From a virus, in the IMG/VR virus record IMGVR_UViG_3300044995_000369, positions 15,196 through 79,195 of that record: a stretch of DNA of 64,000 nt; one strand, given 5' to 3'. A program made the position numbers and the translations under genes. The notes beneath the pieces were generated by a model. The model did not search any database. It was not told the origin of the DNA and saw only the letters and a program-made list of their open reading frames with translations. Of the stretch, positions 1 through 10,611 are shown piece after piece; position 1 is the first letter of the stretch, and each line of letters starts with the position of its first letter.

Positions 1-3000
1 TCTACTAGCTTCTATGAGTCTTCTGGCATCCTCGTTTTGATTTTCACGAGTAGCCATGTTAATGCTTTTGTTAAAAGACAGTGCTGCCATCCTGCTCAAG
101 TAGTTCCTTTCTATGTTCATACTCATTAGACTTGATAGGTAGGAACTCATCGCCCTGTTTATGTTGCGCATACCAGTTATTTCTATAGCGTTGAATATAG
201 CCCCTCCCTCGTAGAAGTTGTTTCCATAAACAGGTTTCGAATGTTTTGGATAAAAATCATGACCTTGAGCTACGCCTTGTCCAAACATAATGTCTAGAAA
301 CATGGACTTAGATGAGTTAACCTTATCTCCTGCGACCATGTTCACTACTTTGGTAACGTATGTTTTGCCTGGGGATTGGTCGTCTATGTATCCAAAAAAC
401 AGATCTTTGTTTTTGCTAGAACCAAGGTTCCTTTGCAAGAGAATTGCATTAATGTCCTCATTTACTTTTTTCATTGCTTCAATATTTTTGTCCCTAATCA
501 TTTCGAGGAACTTTACGGTAGCTTTTGTATGTCTCCAGTTTTCTAGTGCATTTGCAGTAAGTTTGAAACTTACTGTAGTTTCTCCACTGGATTTAACTCT
601 GCTGATTCCGAGACTAGATATGAATCTTTCTCCAGGTCTTCTATCTCTACCTAAAATAATCTTTGCGAAAAGGTCTTCTGCTGCTTCATAAAAGCTAGAT
701 CCTTTTGCCATTTGGCCGTTTATATTTATAACTGCCTGTCTTGAATCCAAATATCCGATTTGCCCTTTCATTGAATACTTGACATATTGGGAAAGATTTT
801 TGGCATCTGACAGTTCATTTTCTGCTAACTGAGACAATATCCTTCTGAATATGCCCTCATTCAACTGCAAGTTATATCCTTTACCAATTAGGAAGTCGCC
901 AGATGAAACTTGATGGATATGATTCCTTTCTATAGCTTCAGCAGCTGCTCTAGCTATTCGTACTTCTGGGTCAGAAGAAACTCTTTGAGAAAAAACATGT
1001 TCAACTAGTTCTCTAGCTCCTTGCGGAGCCATAATTTTATTAGTCGTTTTTGAGGATTCCTTTGTGACCTCCCCCAAAATATTTTTCGTATTGTAGTCTC
1101 CGGCAAATCTATATTGTACAATATTAGAGTCTCCAGTATATCTTTTTTCAAATAGCACAACGTAATGCGGAGTTTGAAGTTCCACAGAAGAACCTCTCAA
1201 CTTTTCAACTCTCATATTTTCACTAACTGGAATGTCTAAAGCTTGTGCTTCTTCCCTAGTTACCAGGATCATAGGGGATCTATTCTTTTCAGCTTCTTTC
1301 AGTTTTCTTGTAATACTTTTAAATATCCTACTACCAGATTTGCTTTCTCTTCCGGATATGTACTTTATGGAATCTTCTCTTCCTCTCCTAACTCTTCTAG
1401 AAACTGCTTCTTCAGATGCCTTATTAAAAGTTACTGTGTGATCTGCAATATATGCTATAGAGTTAGATACCTGAATTAAATCCACGTTTGGGTTATTATA
1501 TATCTCTGAAAACTTAACCCCGTATCTTCCTATAGTAATACTTTGGTCTCTTTCTACCCCTAAGACACCTGATAACTCATCTCCTATTGTAATCAGGACT
1601 CTTCTGACTCTAAAGGAAGCTTCCTCCCCTTCCATGAAGCTTCCTTTAGTAGTTGTTTTCCATTTTTGGTTTGCTATGTCGTACCTTTCCAAACCCGGCA
1701 CCATTCTATATTTGGCGAGGATCTTTTTTATTCTTTCTTTCCCCCTCTTGATACTTTGAAACCTGGGGTTGAATCTAGTCTCTTGGTCAGTTTCCATACT
1801 TTCTGCTCTGCTTTTGGCAGAACTTAACCTCATTCTGATTTTCCTAAGCCTGTCCGCCATGATTTTTCTTTCTTCGTAATAAGAAACTCTCGCACCAGTA
1901 TGGATAGCTCTTTTAACTGCAGAGTTAATGTTGAAGCCAAGAGCAAGATTAGTTCTTAGTGCTTGCTGACCTTGTGCATGTCCTCCCGCAAAAGCCACCC
2001 CACTAGGAACCGCTACTGTTTTTGCACTTTCTGCAGCTCCGGTTGATCCTGCTAATGTGGTCCTTGATTCTATATCGTATAGCTCTAGTTCCCTTCCATC
2101 AATTAGAAGATACATGGGGTTTTCAGTTATAGAAGAAAGGTACTTGAGGTTGAGTTCTCTTATTATATCTTTTACCGATTTGGATCCTCTTTTGCCAAGA
2201 TCAGATATTCCTTTTTGTTTGATATAATCCATGAGCGCAGCTTTCTCTGGATCCTCCGCCATTAGCTTAGGTCTCTCCAAAATAACGGATCCAGGAAAGA
2301 GCTCTTGTTCATGACTCTTTTCTATCACTTCAAATGCTTCTTCATCAAATTGCAGATTCCTGATAGTAGAGACAATAGTGTTAATAAGTGACAAGTTGTC
2401 TTTCTTACCTGGAACTCTTTGAAGCCTTTGTACTTGAGCAGTCAAAGCTCTTATTGTTCCATCAAATCTTCCACCTTCTCCGAAAACAGTCTGACTTGGC
2501 AATATTAGGATGTTCTTTTTTCCTTCTACTCTATACTTCACTTTGGAGACTCTTGTTTGTCCATCAATTCTAAAAGTGTTGTGAGCTATAAACGAAGAGA
2601 AAAGTTTGCCATCGAATCTGTTTTCAGAAAATCCGGCAAGCTCTATCTGCTTGCGTATCATGTCATCACCATAAAAGGCAGGCAATTCCACTTCGAACTT
2701 TGCATTCCCATAACCACTGGGAAGAGTTATTTCATACCTGTACATCCCAGGAGATCCTTTGTAAACTTTTATATTTTCAAACTCTCGAGGATTGGAGTCT
2801 ATGTTATCTATGTTTACGCCGAAGCTGTTTTTTAGGAACTTTGCTAAGATCCTAAATGCTTTTTGTCCTGAACTTGTTAGATCTTTTACTTCAAGCCTGC
2901 TTTTCATGGAATCAACTATGTGTCTCTGTTCTGCAATAATCTTTGCTGCTTCTAGTCTTCTTACAGACTCTGCAAATGACTCTCCAGATTCTGCAGACCT

Positions 3001-3501
3001 AAGCCATTCCCACTCTTGGTCTCTTGTATACATTTCTCTGTACTGAGCAACTTTTCTGTCATCCTTACTAACATAGACAGTATAAGGCTTTTCGTTTATG
3101 TCTTGAACAAGAGTCCTTATTCTTCTTTCTAATTCTTCTCTTCTTCTAGCTATATCTTCATGATCTGCATCTACAGAAGACTCTTCTGCCCTCAGTTCCT
3201 CTAATTCTTTTGCGTAATTATAGAATTCTTCATTTATCTTTGTTTCGTTGATAGTACTCTGTGCTCTAGGATTTCTTGAAAAGTGTGTACCTCTTCTTAC
3301 ATTTCTTTCGTAATTTCTGATCCTATACAAAGCATTTCTTCTTTTGTCTGCTGCCCTAGCTCTTTGTATAATCCACATAGCAGCAGGGGGTAAGCTAGTC
3401 AATAAGCCCAACTGAAATATTGATTCATTTTGATAATCTCCTTGGTTTTCTGGAGATAGGGTAGGATTGTTTAAATATATTTCTGCGTCTCTATATTTCA
3501 T
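1..3501 (-). CDS. Giant hypothetical protein, >1167 aa, 3'-truncated by the window edge; probable virion/ejection protein
   Basis: Not in the ORF track because its stop lies outside the window. The ATG at 3501 overlaps the TGA of the upstream gene (ATGA). Manual translation (MKYRDAEIYLNNPTLSP...NMATRENQNEDARRLIEASR) showed no stop down to base 1. Confidence 0.85.
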   Translation of the reverse strand, partial: MKYRDAEIYLNNPTLSPENQGDYQNESIFQLGLLTSLPPAAMWIIQRARAADKRRNALYRIRNYERNVRRGTHFSRNPRAQSTINETKINEEFYNYAKELEELRAEESSVDADHEDIARRREELERRIRTLVQDINEKPYTVYVSKDDRKVAQYREMYTRDQEWEWLRSAESGESFAESVRRLEAAKIIAEQRHIVDSMKSRLEVKDLTSSGQKAFRILAKFLKNSFGVNIDNIDSNPREFENIKVYKGSPGMYRYEITLPSGYGNAKFEVELPAFYGDDMIRKQIELAGFSENRFDGKLFSSFIAHNTFRIDGQTRVSKVKYRVEGKKNILILPSQTVFGEGGRFDGTIRALTAQVQRLQRVPGKKDNLSLINTIVSTIRNLQFDEEAFEVIEKSHEQELFPGSVILERPKLMAEDPEKAALMDYIKQKGISDLGKRGSKSVKDIIRELNLKYLSSITENPMYLLIDGRELELYDIESRTTLAGSTGAAESAKTVAVPSGVAFAGGHAQGQQALRTNLALGFNINSAVKRAIHTGARVSYYEERKIMADRLRKIRMRLSSAKSRAESMETDQETRFNPRFQSIKRGKERIKKILAKYRMVPGLERYDIANQKWKTTTKGSFMEGEEASFRVRRVLITIGDELSGVLGVERDQSITIGRYGVKFSEIYNNPNVDLIQVSNSIAYIADHTVTFNKASEEAVSRRVRRGREDSIKYISGRESKSGSRIFKSITRKLKEAEKNRSPMILVTREEAQALDIPVSENMRVEKLRGSSVELQTPHYVVLFEKRYTGDSNIVQYRFAGDYNTKNILGEVTKESSKTTNKIMAPQGARELVEHVFSQRVSSDPEVRIARAAAEAIERNHIHQVSSGDFLIGKGYNLQLNEGIFRRILSQLAENELSDAKNLSQYVKYSMKGQIGYLDSRQAVININGQMAKGSSFYEAAEDLFAKIILGRDRRPGERFISSLGISRVKSSGETTVSFKLTANALENWRHTKATVKFLEMIRDKNIEAMKKVNEDINAILLQRNLGSSKNKDLFFGYIDDQSPGKTYVTKVVNMVAGDKVNSSKSMFLDIMFGQGVAQGHDFYPKHSKPVYGNNFYEGGAIFNAIEITGMRNINRAMSSYLSSLMSMNIERNYLSRMAALSFNKSINMATRENQNEDARRLIEASR

Positions 3502-6500
3502 AGTCTGACAACCGATCCAAATTTAGGTATGAATCCTGGGTATCCTGGGTCTTCATCTAGCGTAGGAATATCCATACCTCTAACATTCTCCATATACTTT
3601 ACCCTATTAACTTGCTGGGTCCAACCAAGACCGAGTTCATGAGCATCCAAACCTCTGGTTTGGAGAGTTTTGTAGATTATGTCATCCGATCTGAACCGAA
3701 GAGGAGCTCCTTCTACTACTCTTCTGGCATCTGTTATATACTTCTGGTATATGCTAGTATCGGGGACTTCGCCTGTAGCATATGATAAAAATAGACCTCT
3801 GGTATGAGCTGGCAAGAGAGGGGCTATTTTTTCTATATCCTCCTTGTGCATATTTAGCATCATTCTTCTGACATAAGACCTTTCAGCAGGGGATAGAGAA
3901 CCAGTAACATCGTTAAAACCTGCTACTTCTCCCAGATATGCCCCTTCAGTATAAGCATAGTAAGCGGAGGATTTCTTTCTTAATGTGAATCTCCTATCTC
4001 TAGCTTCGTATTCATCTGCCAGCTCTGTTGCCTCTTTGTACTTCAGAGCGTCGGCAAGAGCCTGTACATCATCAAGTTCTTGCATCCTGCTGGCTCTTGT
4101 ATTACTAGTTAGACCAAGCAAACTAGCAGCCCCTGCAATCCCTGCACCAAGGCCAGCTCCAATAGGACCTCCAAATATAAATCCTCCTGTTGCTCCAGAC
4201 ACAGTTGCTTGAAGAGGATCTTCTTCTGCTGCTATCAAGCTTATGTTTGCAGCAATGTAGTCTTCTATCGGATTTTGCCACCTAGTAAATCCTTTACCTA
4301 ATGCAATATCTTCTCTGTACTGTTCATACATAGATTTCTTACCCATCAATTTATTGAGTATGGGATTCCTAAAGTGTGTAATGTATTCTCCAACCGCTCC
4401 AATCAACTGTTCTGGTTTCGAGTACTTTTCTGCTTCCTCTCTGAGTTTTATCGCTTCTGTTCCCATGGGGGTTTTACCCATTAACAAAGGAATAAACTTA
4501 TATTCTTGAGTTTTTCGAGATTTGAGTCTTTTGATAAATTGATCCATGATATTCCTGTACATTGCCATCTCTTTGTTTCCCAAAATACCAGCACCAATTT
4601 GCTGGTGTACAATCTTCATTTCAAGCTGGGTCTCTTTTGAGAAAGGAGCAACATTTACAAGTATTTGGAGTCTATTTAGATGAGAATATGCGGGCCATCT
4701 GTTAACGGAGTACCCTTCTTCTTGAATATCTTTAGTTATTTTGCTGGCTTGCCTTGCTGCTGACTTTGCCAGCTTCACATCATTCAGATACTTTTTCAAG
4801 TCTGCATATATAATTTGTTTACTTATATTCCCATCTTTATCCATGGCTATAAGTAAACCCTGCTTGATATCTTTTGTGTTGTTTACCAAGTATGCATTAA
4901 GTTGAGCAACTCCTCCAGGGTCCACGTAATTATCTATTATTGGAACAACTGCAATTGCTGTTTTCAAACCCTTTTCATCCTGCATTACTGCATCTACAAA
5001 AGAGTGCACGTCATTTTTCACATCATATGCTACATCTGATTCTTTAATAATCGGCATTGTTTTTTTGAGTTCTCCAATAAGCTCTTTTCTTGTTCTTTCT
5101 ACAACATGCCAGTTTCTCCTAAGAGATGCTAAGTAAGTTACGTCTCCTGCATAAAAACTGACTTGTTCCTCAAATGACTTTCCCATTACCATTGAGTCTA
5201 TAGGATATGTATAATAAACGTCGTGGGTTGCTTCATATGCTTTCCCAGGAAGTCTAACCTCTCCCATTTGGATTTTGTTGTAAGGATCTCCTGTAAGAAA
5301 GTCTATAAAGGAGTCTTTCCCAGGTAGCCATAGTGGCATAGCGTTAGCTATCCTGTTGACTCTTTCTGTGTCACCAGGAGAAGGATTTGGGAATATACGA
5401 CGAATTCCCTCACTTAATCCAACAATACCTCCAAGTTCCTTTTCCCAATAAGCTTTGCTAAAACTTGCTATATCATTTGCAGATTCTATTCTGAAACCAC
5501 CACTGAAACCGGTAGGACCTCTATCTGTGGCCATATCTATAACATTACCCAATACAAATCCACGAAGGCCAGCAACATCTAGCATGTTATCTATTGTTGT
5601 GTCTGTAGCAGCTCCAATACTGTCGGGACTTATGATCGGAAGAGAGGAGATGGAACGCCCTCCTACTATTTCTCCTCCGTAAAAAGCTCCCCTTCCGCTC
5701 GATATAGGAGTTATTGAGTTAAGTGTTCCAGAGTATTGGAGACCTGGTACTGCTCCACCAGCTAGTAATGCACTTTGACTCATTTCTTGAAGAAAGTCTT
5801 GGTGCATATACCTACTCCCCCCAACAAGTGAATTTAGTGCGGTACCAATAAGAGGAAGGTTGCTAAATTTCCCTCCTACCATTTCATATGGGCGACTAAT
5901 GTAATGTTTTTCAGCATATACTCCAGGGTCTATGTAAGACTGAACCACATCAACTAGATCATTCCCGATATAGTTATCTGCTCTTTGATACTGTTTCTTT
6001 TGTAGGGCATACAAGGAAGGTCTAAAGTAAGTTATCTTATCTCCCCAAAATGCAGAACCGGAAAGCTCCCAAAACCTGCCCTTAGATACAGCAACTTCTT
6101 TTTCTCCGCTAAGTTCTGCTATTACTTGTTCTCTGCCTTTTGCTAAATTCCAACTATCGTCAAAGAGTCCAAGAGGACCTCCCCCCAAAATCATACCTAT
6201 ACCAGCACCTATCATACCTCCTTTTATAGGACCAACCCTACCCATATTACCAATTTTCAGGCCCATTCCTATTGGTAATAACCCTCTTATTAAACCAGAT
6301 AGAGGAGAGTCTATTGAACCAGGGACTAATTCCTCCATTTTTTGAGCGAATGATGTTATTCCTGTAAAATCACTCACTGTTTGGGAAAGAACTCTTGCTC
6401 CAGCATAAGCATCCCACAATATACCAGTTACACCCCCAGCCAAGCTAGTTTCTTTCAGTAAGGGAGTTTGTTGTATAAGACTAGTTACTAGATCGTGTGC

Positions 6501-9500
6501 ACCAAATAGTAACCCTACAGGAAGAACCCTTTTTGCAAGAGTCTTTGTAATAATATCAGAGACTGTAAAAGTATTTTGTAAATCAAACCCTAGTCCAAGT
6601 ATACTTAGAGCAGAGTTCATAGTTCCCACAGCTGCCAAGTGCTCTATTTCTCTTCTATTTATTGGTACTTCTCTAACATCTACCTCTGTCCCTTTCAGAA
6701 TAAGGTTTGATTTTCTTACCCCCATTTTTTTGGATGTATCATCGAACACCAGAACAATTTTATTTTCTGCTCCTGGTGCTTCCTTAATTCTCTTTTTAGA
6801 TCCAAACGTACTTATTGCTTCTCTAAGATTTGCCCTTCCTGAACCCAAGAAAGTACCAGATAAAAACTCTATAGACTCGGCTAATTCTGATCGAGTCAGT
6901 GCATCAACGCTTTCTCCCGGAACATATTTGTTTCCAACTGTCAGCATGTGTATTGCTGCAGATATACCGTTCATATTGGTTTCACCTAGTCTAAGCTTTG
7001 CAGAAGAAACTCTACCTGCTCCATAAGAGGACACTTCCGATAGGACTCTCGCAACCGAGTCCCTGGTAAACCTATCAGAGCTTGAGATGCTTAGGAGAAA
7101 ATCAAATATTTCCTTATTGTGTTTGTCTATTCTGTCTCCGTGCCCTTTAAGACTTGCGGATAAAGCTGAGGCTCTTGTTCTATCTTTGCTGCTTAGTACA
7201 AGTTCTTGCAGTTGCCTAAGGGGTGATTCGTCAAATCCATGAACTTCTTTCAGGTAGCCTTCATGACGAGAAAAGAATTCATTGGTGTACTTTATCTTGT
7301 TTAGAACATCTATTAGGCCGTCTTTTTCATCTATAACTGCTTTCCTAATATCAAAGGCCCCAAGGACTGCTCTATCTTGAGCACTTATTCTGTTTGATTT
7401 TGCTATCACATCAAATACTTTTAATAACATACCAGTCATACTTTTAGAAGGATCTACAGCACCTTCTGCCATATCTGCTGCCCTCATGGAGGCAAAAATG
7501 CCGTTAATTATTTTTTTGGAGTAACTGTTTATCCCTTTTACTATTTCAACAGCTTCAGTGTCTCCTTTCCTTAATATGTCTTCTAACTTTTCTCTGTTCA
7601 AAGCTCCTCTTTTTAAGTCTCCAACTACTTTCCCAATGTAGGAAGGATCTTTGTACTTTCCAAAGATAGATCTCACTTTTCCGAACAAAGATTGCTCGTG
7701 ACCACTATTCCACTCTAAGAAGTCCCCTAATGTTGTAACAAACTTTGTAAAGCCAGTATTTTCAGAGTCCCTATAATACCTTTTCATCTTTATATTGGTT
7801 GTAGTTTCAATACCGCTTTCTATTTCAACTCCACTTGGGCCAGTTATAGAAGCTTTACCTCCAAGTAATCCGCCCGCGATCTGTCCAGCTCTGGTATCTC
7901 CTCTGAGAAGCTTTGCTCCTTCTATAGGAGCATCTCCGGCATGCAGTATGAAAGTTACTTTGTTTCCATCTGCCAATTTGGTATGGACTTTCACGTATCT
8001 TCCAAGAACATCCAAAATGTCTCCACTTCCGAGGTCCCACTGACCTCTAGTCATTACTCCGAATGCTATTTTATCTGCTACGAACTCTTTTACTGCTTCT
8101 TCGTCCCCTTTATCAGCACCAAATGCTCCCCATTTGCCAGTTATTCTTGCGTATTCTATTGCTTTCTCTTGTTTGGCTTTTAGATAGCTTTCTGCAACTG
8201 ACTCCTCTGCCTTAGTCATTATTTGTATCGCTCTTTTCGCAGCAGAGACTTTGCTTCCGCTCTTGTTATATTCTTCTACTAACTTTTCATCATTTCTTGC
8301 AAAAGTGTAAAGCTCAAGAGTCCTACCACCTTGAAGACCAACGACTCCCTTCCCTGGCTGAATACCATGTGTAAGTGCCTTAGTCTTAGCTGATTGCAGC
8401 CAGTGGTTACCTGCATCCAGAAAGTTTAACCAAGGCCTGTTAGCGATATTAAGAAATTGAGTAACTATTTTATCCATAGCATCTCTTATAGAATCTATAT
8501 GAAAGACTCCTATGTCATATCTTCCTCCTAGGAAATCTATTTTTGCTCTATCCTGAGTTACTTGTCTTACTACATCCGTAGTTATGATTTCAAGATTTTC
8601 AGACCTTTGGACTGGTGACTTCCTGATAACTTTAGTTCCCATATAGCCTATGTCATCTCCATAATACTTTGCACCGGCTAACTTACGAAGTCCTCTATGG
8701 ACTTCTGCGAACTTCTTGTTGAATCCTACTCTCTCCAGTTCTCTCCCCTCTCCAGTTGCAATATCCCTATATAACAACTGGCCTTTTACAGTCCTCCTAC
8801 CAGATTCTTTTTTAACAGAAGAGACTGGAGCTCTTTCATCTCCCATCAAAGTTGCGTAAGAATCGTACAAAGAAGTTTTATCTTTGAACTCTGCATCTTT
8901 TACTTTCGCATCCACTATGGACAAATCTGATCTTCTTGCTTTTCTTGCGTTCACTTGTTGAACTGATCTACCTATCGCTTTGAGTGCGGCAGTAGTAGAT
9001 CCAAACGCTTTAAAAGTCTGGTTTGCAGAGACAAATTTGGACATTGCATTATCGTAAACAGCAAACATTCCCTTTGTCATTTTGTTTAGATTATGCAAAC
9101 TTTCTGCACCAAGTTTTGCTAAGGCTTCCAAACCGAACACAGAGGATTTCTTAGAAAATGTAGCTATTCTAGCCATTTTCAATGAGCGTTTGGCAACATC
9201 AAATCCAGCACTAAACCCCAAAGACAAAGGCAAACCAGTAGTGGCATAATAGTTAAGAAAGTTTTGATCTGCAGGGATGTTTCCTTGTATTTGTTCTACC
9301 TTGTACATTACATATGTCATTGGTAGAAACTTAACTTCCCCTTTTATCGCTCCTTTTACTACTTGCCTTGCAAAGTTGCTGCGACTACCTACTTTCCTTG
9401 AAATAGTATCTATTCTCTTTTCGTATCCTTTGATTATTTTCTTCTTGAATTTCTCCACATTCGAACTAACTTCTCTGTTTATTTCTCTGAAGTTCTCTCT

Positions 9501-9713
9501 GTAGTATCTTAGGTAACTTGTCCTTAGGTCTTGGTAAGATCTGATCTTTGCGCCAGTCTTAATGACAGATAAACTTGCTCTTCCAGAGGCTTTCAGACTA
9601 GATAAAAGTTTTCCACTATTTCTGAGTGCCCAATCACCAACTTTTTGTAGACCTTCAGATAATGCGTGGCCAACAATTGGATAGGCTATAAAACTGCCAA
9701 TTGTTCCCAACAT
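3498..9713 (-). CDS. Giant tape-measure-like/ejection protein with a degenerate PD-(D/E)XK-like domain
   Basis: 2071 aa, helical and basic, with Gly/Ala-rich hydrophobic segments (GGMIGAGIGMILGGGPLG; GATGGFIFGGPIGAGLGAGIAG). Follows a chaperone-like gene pair in the tail module. Contains VHSFVDAVM...AQLNAYL. Confidence 0.6.
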   Translation of the reverse strand: MLGTIGSFIAYPIVGHALSEGLQKVGDWALRNSGKLLSSLKASGRASLSVIKTGAKIRSYQDLRTSYLRYYRENFREINREVSSNVEKFKKKIIKGYEKRIDTISRKVGSRSNFARQVVKGAIKGEVKFLPMTYVMYKVEQIQGNIPADQNFLNYYATTGLPLSLGFSAGFDVAKRSLKMARIATFSKKSSVFGLEALAKLGAESLHNLNKMTKGMFAVYDNAMSKFVSANQTFKAFGSTTAALKAIGRSVQQVNARKARRSDLSIVDAKVKDAEFKDKTSLYDSYATLMGDERAPVSSVKKESGRRTVKGQLLYRDIATGEGRELERVGFNKKFAEVHRGLRKLAGAKYYGDDIGYMGTKVIRKSPVQRSENLEIITTDVVRQVTQDRAKIDFLGGRYDIGVFHIDSIRDAMDKIVTQFLNIANRPWLNFLDAGNHWLQSAKTKALTHGIQPGKGVVGLQGGRTLELYTFARNDEKLVEEYNKSGSKVSAAKRAIQIMTKAEESVAESYLKAKQEKAIEYARITGKWGAFGADKGDEEAVKEFVADKIAFGVMTRGQWDLGSGDILDVLGRYVKVHTKLADGNKVTFILHAGDAPIEGAKLLRGDTRAGQIAGGLLGGKASITGPSGVEIESGIETTTNIKMKRYYRDSENTGFTKFVTTLGDFLEWNSGHEQSLFGKVRSIFGKYKDPSYIGKVVGDLKRGALNREKLEDILRKGDTEAVEIVKGINSYSKKIINGIFASMRAADMAEGAVDPSKSMTGMLLKVFDVIAKSNRISAQDRAVLGAFDIRKAVIDEKDGLIDVLNKIKYTNEFFSRHEGYLKEVHGFDESPLRQLQELVLSSKDRTRASALSASLKGHGDRIDKHNKEIFDFLLSISSSDRFTRDSVARVLSEVSSYGAGRVSSAKLRLGETNMNGISAAIHMLTVGNKYVPGESVDALTRSELAESIEFLSGTFLGSGRANLREAISTFGSKKRIKEAPGAENKIVLVFDDTSKKMGVRKSNLILKGTEVDVREVPINRREIEHLAAVGTMNSALSILGLGFDLQNTFTVSDIITKTLAKRVLPVGLLFGAHDLVTSLIQQTPLLKETSLAGGVTGILWDAYAGARVLSQTVSDFTGITSFAQKMEELVPGSIDSPLSGLIRGLLPIGMGLKIGNMGRVGPIKGGMIGAGIGMILGGGPLGLFDDSWNLAKGREQVIAELSGEKEVAVSKGRFWELSGSAFWGDKITYFRPSLYALQKKQYQRADNYIGNDLVDVVQSYIDPGVYAEKHYISRPYEMVGGKFSNLPLIGTALNSLVGGSRYMHQDFLQEMSQSALLAGGAVPGLQYSGTLNSITPISSGRGAFYGGEIVGGRSISSLPIISPDSIGAATDTTIDNMLDVAGLRGFVLGNVIDMATDRGPTGFSGGFRIESANDIASFSKAYWEKELGGIVGLSEGIRRIFPNPSPGDTERVNRIANAMPLWLPGKDSFIDFLTGDPYNKIQMGEVRLPGKAYEATHDVYYTYPIDSMVMGKSFEEQVSFYAGDVTYLASLRRNWHVVERTRKELIGELKKTMPIIKESDVAYDVKNDVHSFVDAVMQDEKGLKTAIAVVPIIDNYVDPGGVAQLNAYLVNNTKDIKQGLLIAMDKDGNISKQIIYADLKKYLNDVKLAKSAARQASKITKDIQEEGYSVNRWPAYSHLNRLQILVNVAPFSKETQLEMKIVHQQIGAGILGNKEMAMYRNIMDQFIKRLKSRKTQEYKFIPLLMGKTPMGTEAIKLREEAEKYSKPEQLIGAVGEYITHFRNPILNKLMGKKSMYEQYREDIALGKGFTRWQNPIEDYIAANISLIAAEEDPLQATVSGATGGFIFGGPIGAGLGAGIAGAASLLGLTSNTRASRMQELDDVQALADALKYKEATELADEYEARDRRFTLRKKSSAYYAYTEGAYLGEVAGFNDVTGSLSPAERSYVRRMMLNMHKEDIEKIAPLLPAHTRGLFLSYATGEVPDTSIYQKYITDARRVVEGAPLRFRSDDIIYKTLQTRGLDAHELGLGWTQQVNRVKYMENVRGMDIPTLDEDPGYPGFIPKFGSVVRL

Positions 9714-9738
9714 GTATAAAGTTTAACCTTTTATACCA

Positions 9739-10611
9739 CTAAGAAAGGTTTGACGGTAGTGGGACTTTTCCGGGATCAGAAGATTCCATTTCAATAAGCT
9801 CTGCATTTTCTGCAGCTGTGTTAATTCTTCTCTTAGGTCTACCGAGTGCAGCTTCTTTTTTGTCCTGTGCAATTCTTTGGCTCAGGATTTCTTTGAGCTC
9901 TCCAAAATCTGCCTCTCTGTCTTTGCCCATAACCCTTTCGAATTCTTTACCAAAGTTCTTGTCTGGAGAAAGTTTTATGGGTTTGTTTAGCTTTACTGCC
10001 AGATCGTATCTGTCTTTTAAGATTACTCCAGTACTACTTTCTAGAGCGGCAACAATGGACACTTTTTCATCAAAAGACCTAATTTGTCTAAAGTCTAGAT
10101 AATCTCTAATGGACATGTTTGCTATCACCATATTGTCCAGAAGAGAAGAAGGGCTTGCTAGTTCCATTCTTCTTTCTTCTAACATTTTAAAAAGTTTATT
10201 GATGTCTTTGTTTACTTCCTCTATGTCTGAACCTGATATTTCAAACAAAGCATCAATTATTCCCTTGACCAAAAGGGAGTAAGACATTACATACTTAAGA
10301 TCAACTCCAATTACCCTTAAGTGATTATTAAAAAGGTGGACTATTGTTGGAAGAGTATACCTTTTTGGAGAGTATAATCTGTAGTCTTTAATGTCCAAAG
10401 GAATAGCAATTACTTTGAATTCCTTGTCTTGAAGTCTTCCCTTTTTTCTAAGGCTCTCTACAAAAGAGCGAGGAACCAAAAGTCCATCGTCAAGAACTTT
10501 TGGCTTTATCTTAATTACGTTGTATAGCTTCTGCTGAGGCACTTTTACGGATAAAGCTCCTCCAATTCTTTTTCGTCGTAGGCTTCGACATTTGTTTCTA
10601 TGTCTGACCAA
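9739..10611 (-). CDS. Hypothetical protein, putative tail assembly chaperone (second of pair); real start may be the GTG near 10542
   Basis: Lies directly upstream of the tape-measure-like gene and overlaps the preceding ORF in the -1 frame. Function is inferred from position only. Confidence 0.45.
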   Translation of the reverse strand: MVRHRNKCRSLRRKRIGGALSVKVPQQKLYNVIKIKPKVLDDGLLVPRSFVESLRKKGRLQDKEFKVIAIPLDIKDYRLYSPKRYTLPTIVHLFNNHLRVIGVDLKYVMSYSLLVKGIIDALFEISGSDIEEVNKDINKLFKMLEERRMELASPSSLLDNMVIANMSIRDYLDFRQIRSFDEKVSIVAALESSTGVILKDRYDLAVKLNKPIKLSPDKNFGKEFERVMGKDREADFGELKEILSQRIAQDKKEAALGRPKRRINTAAENAELIEMESSDPGKVPLPSNLS

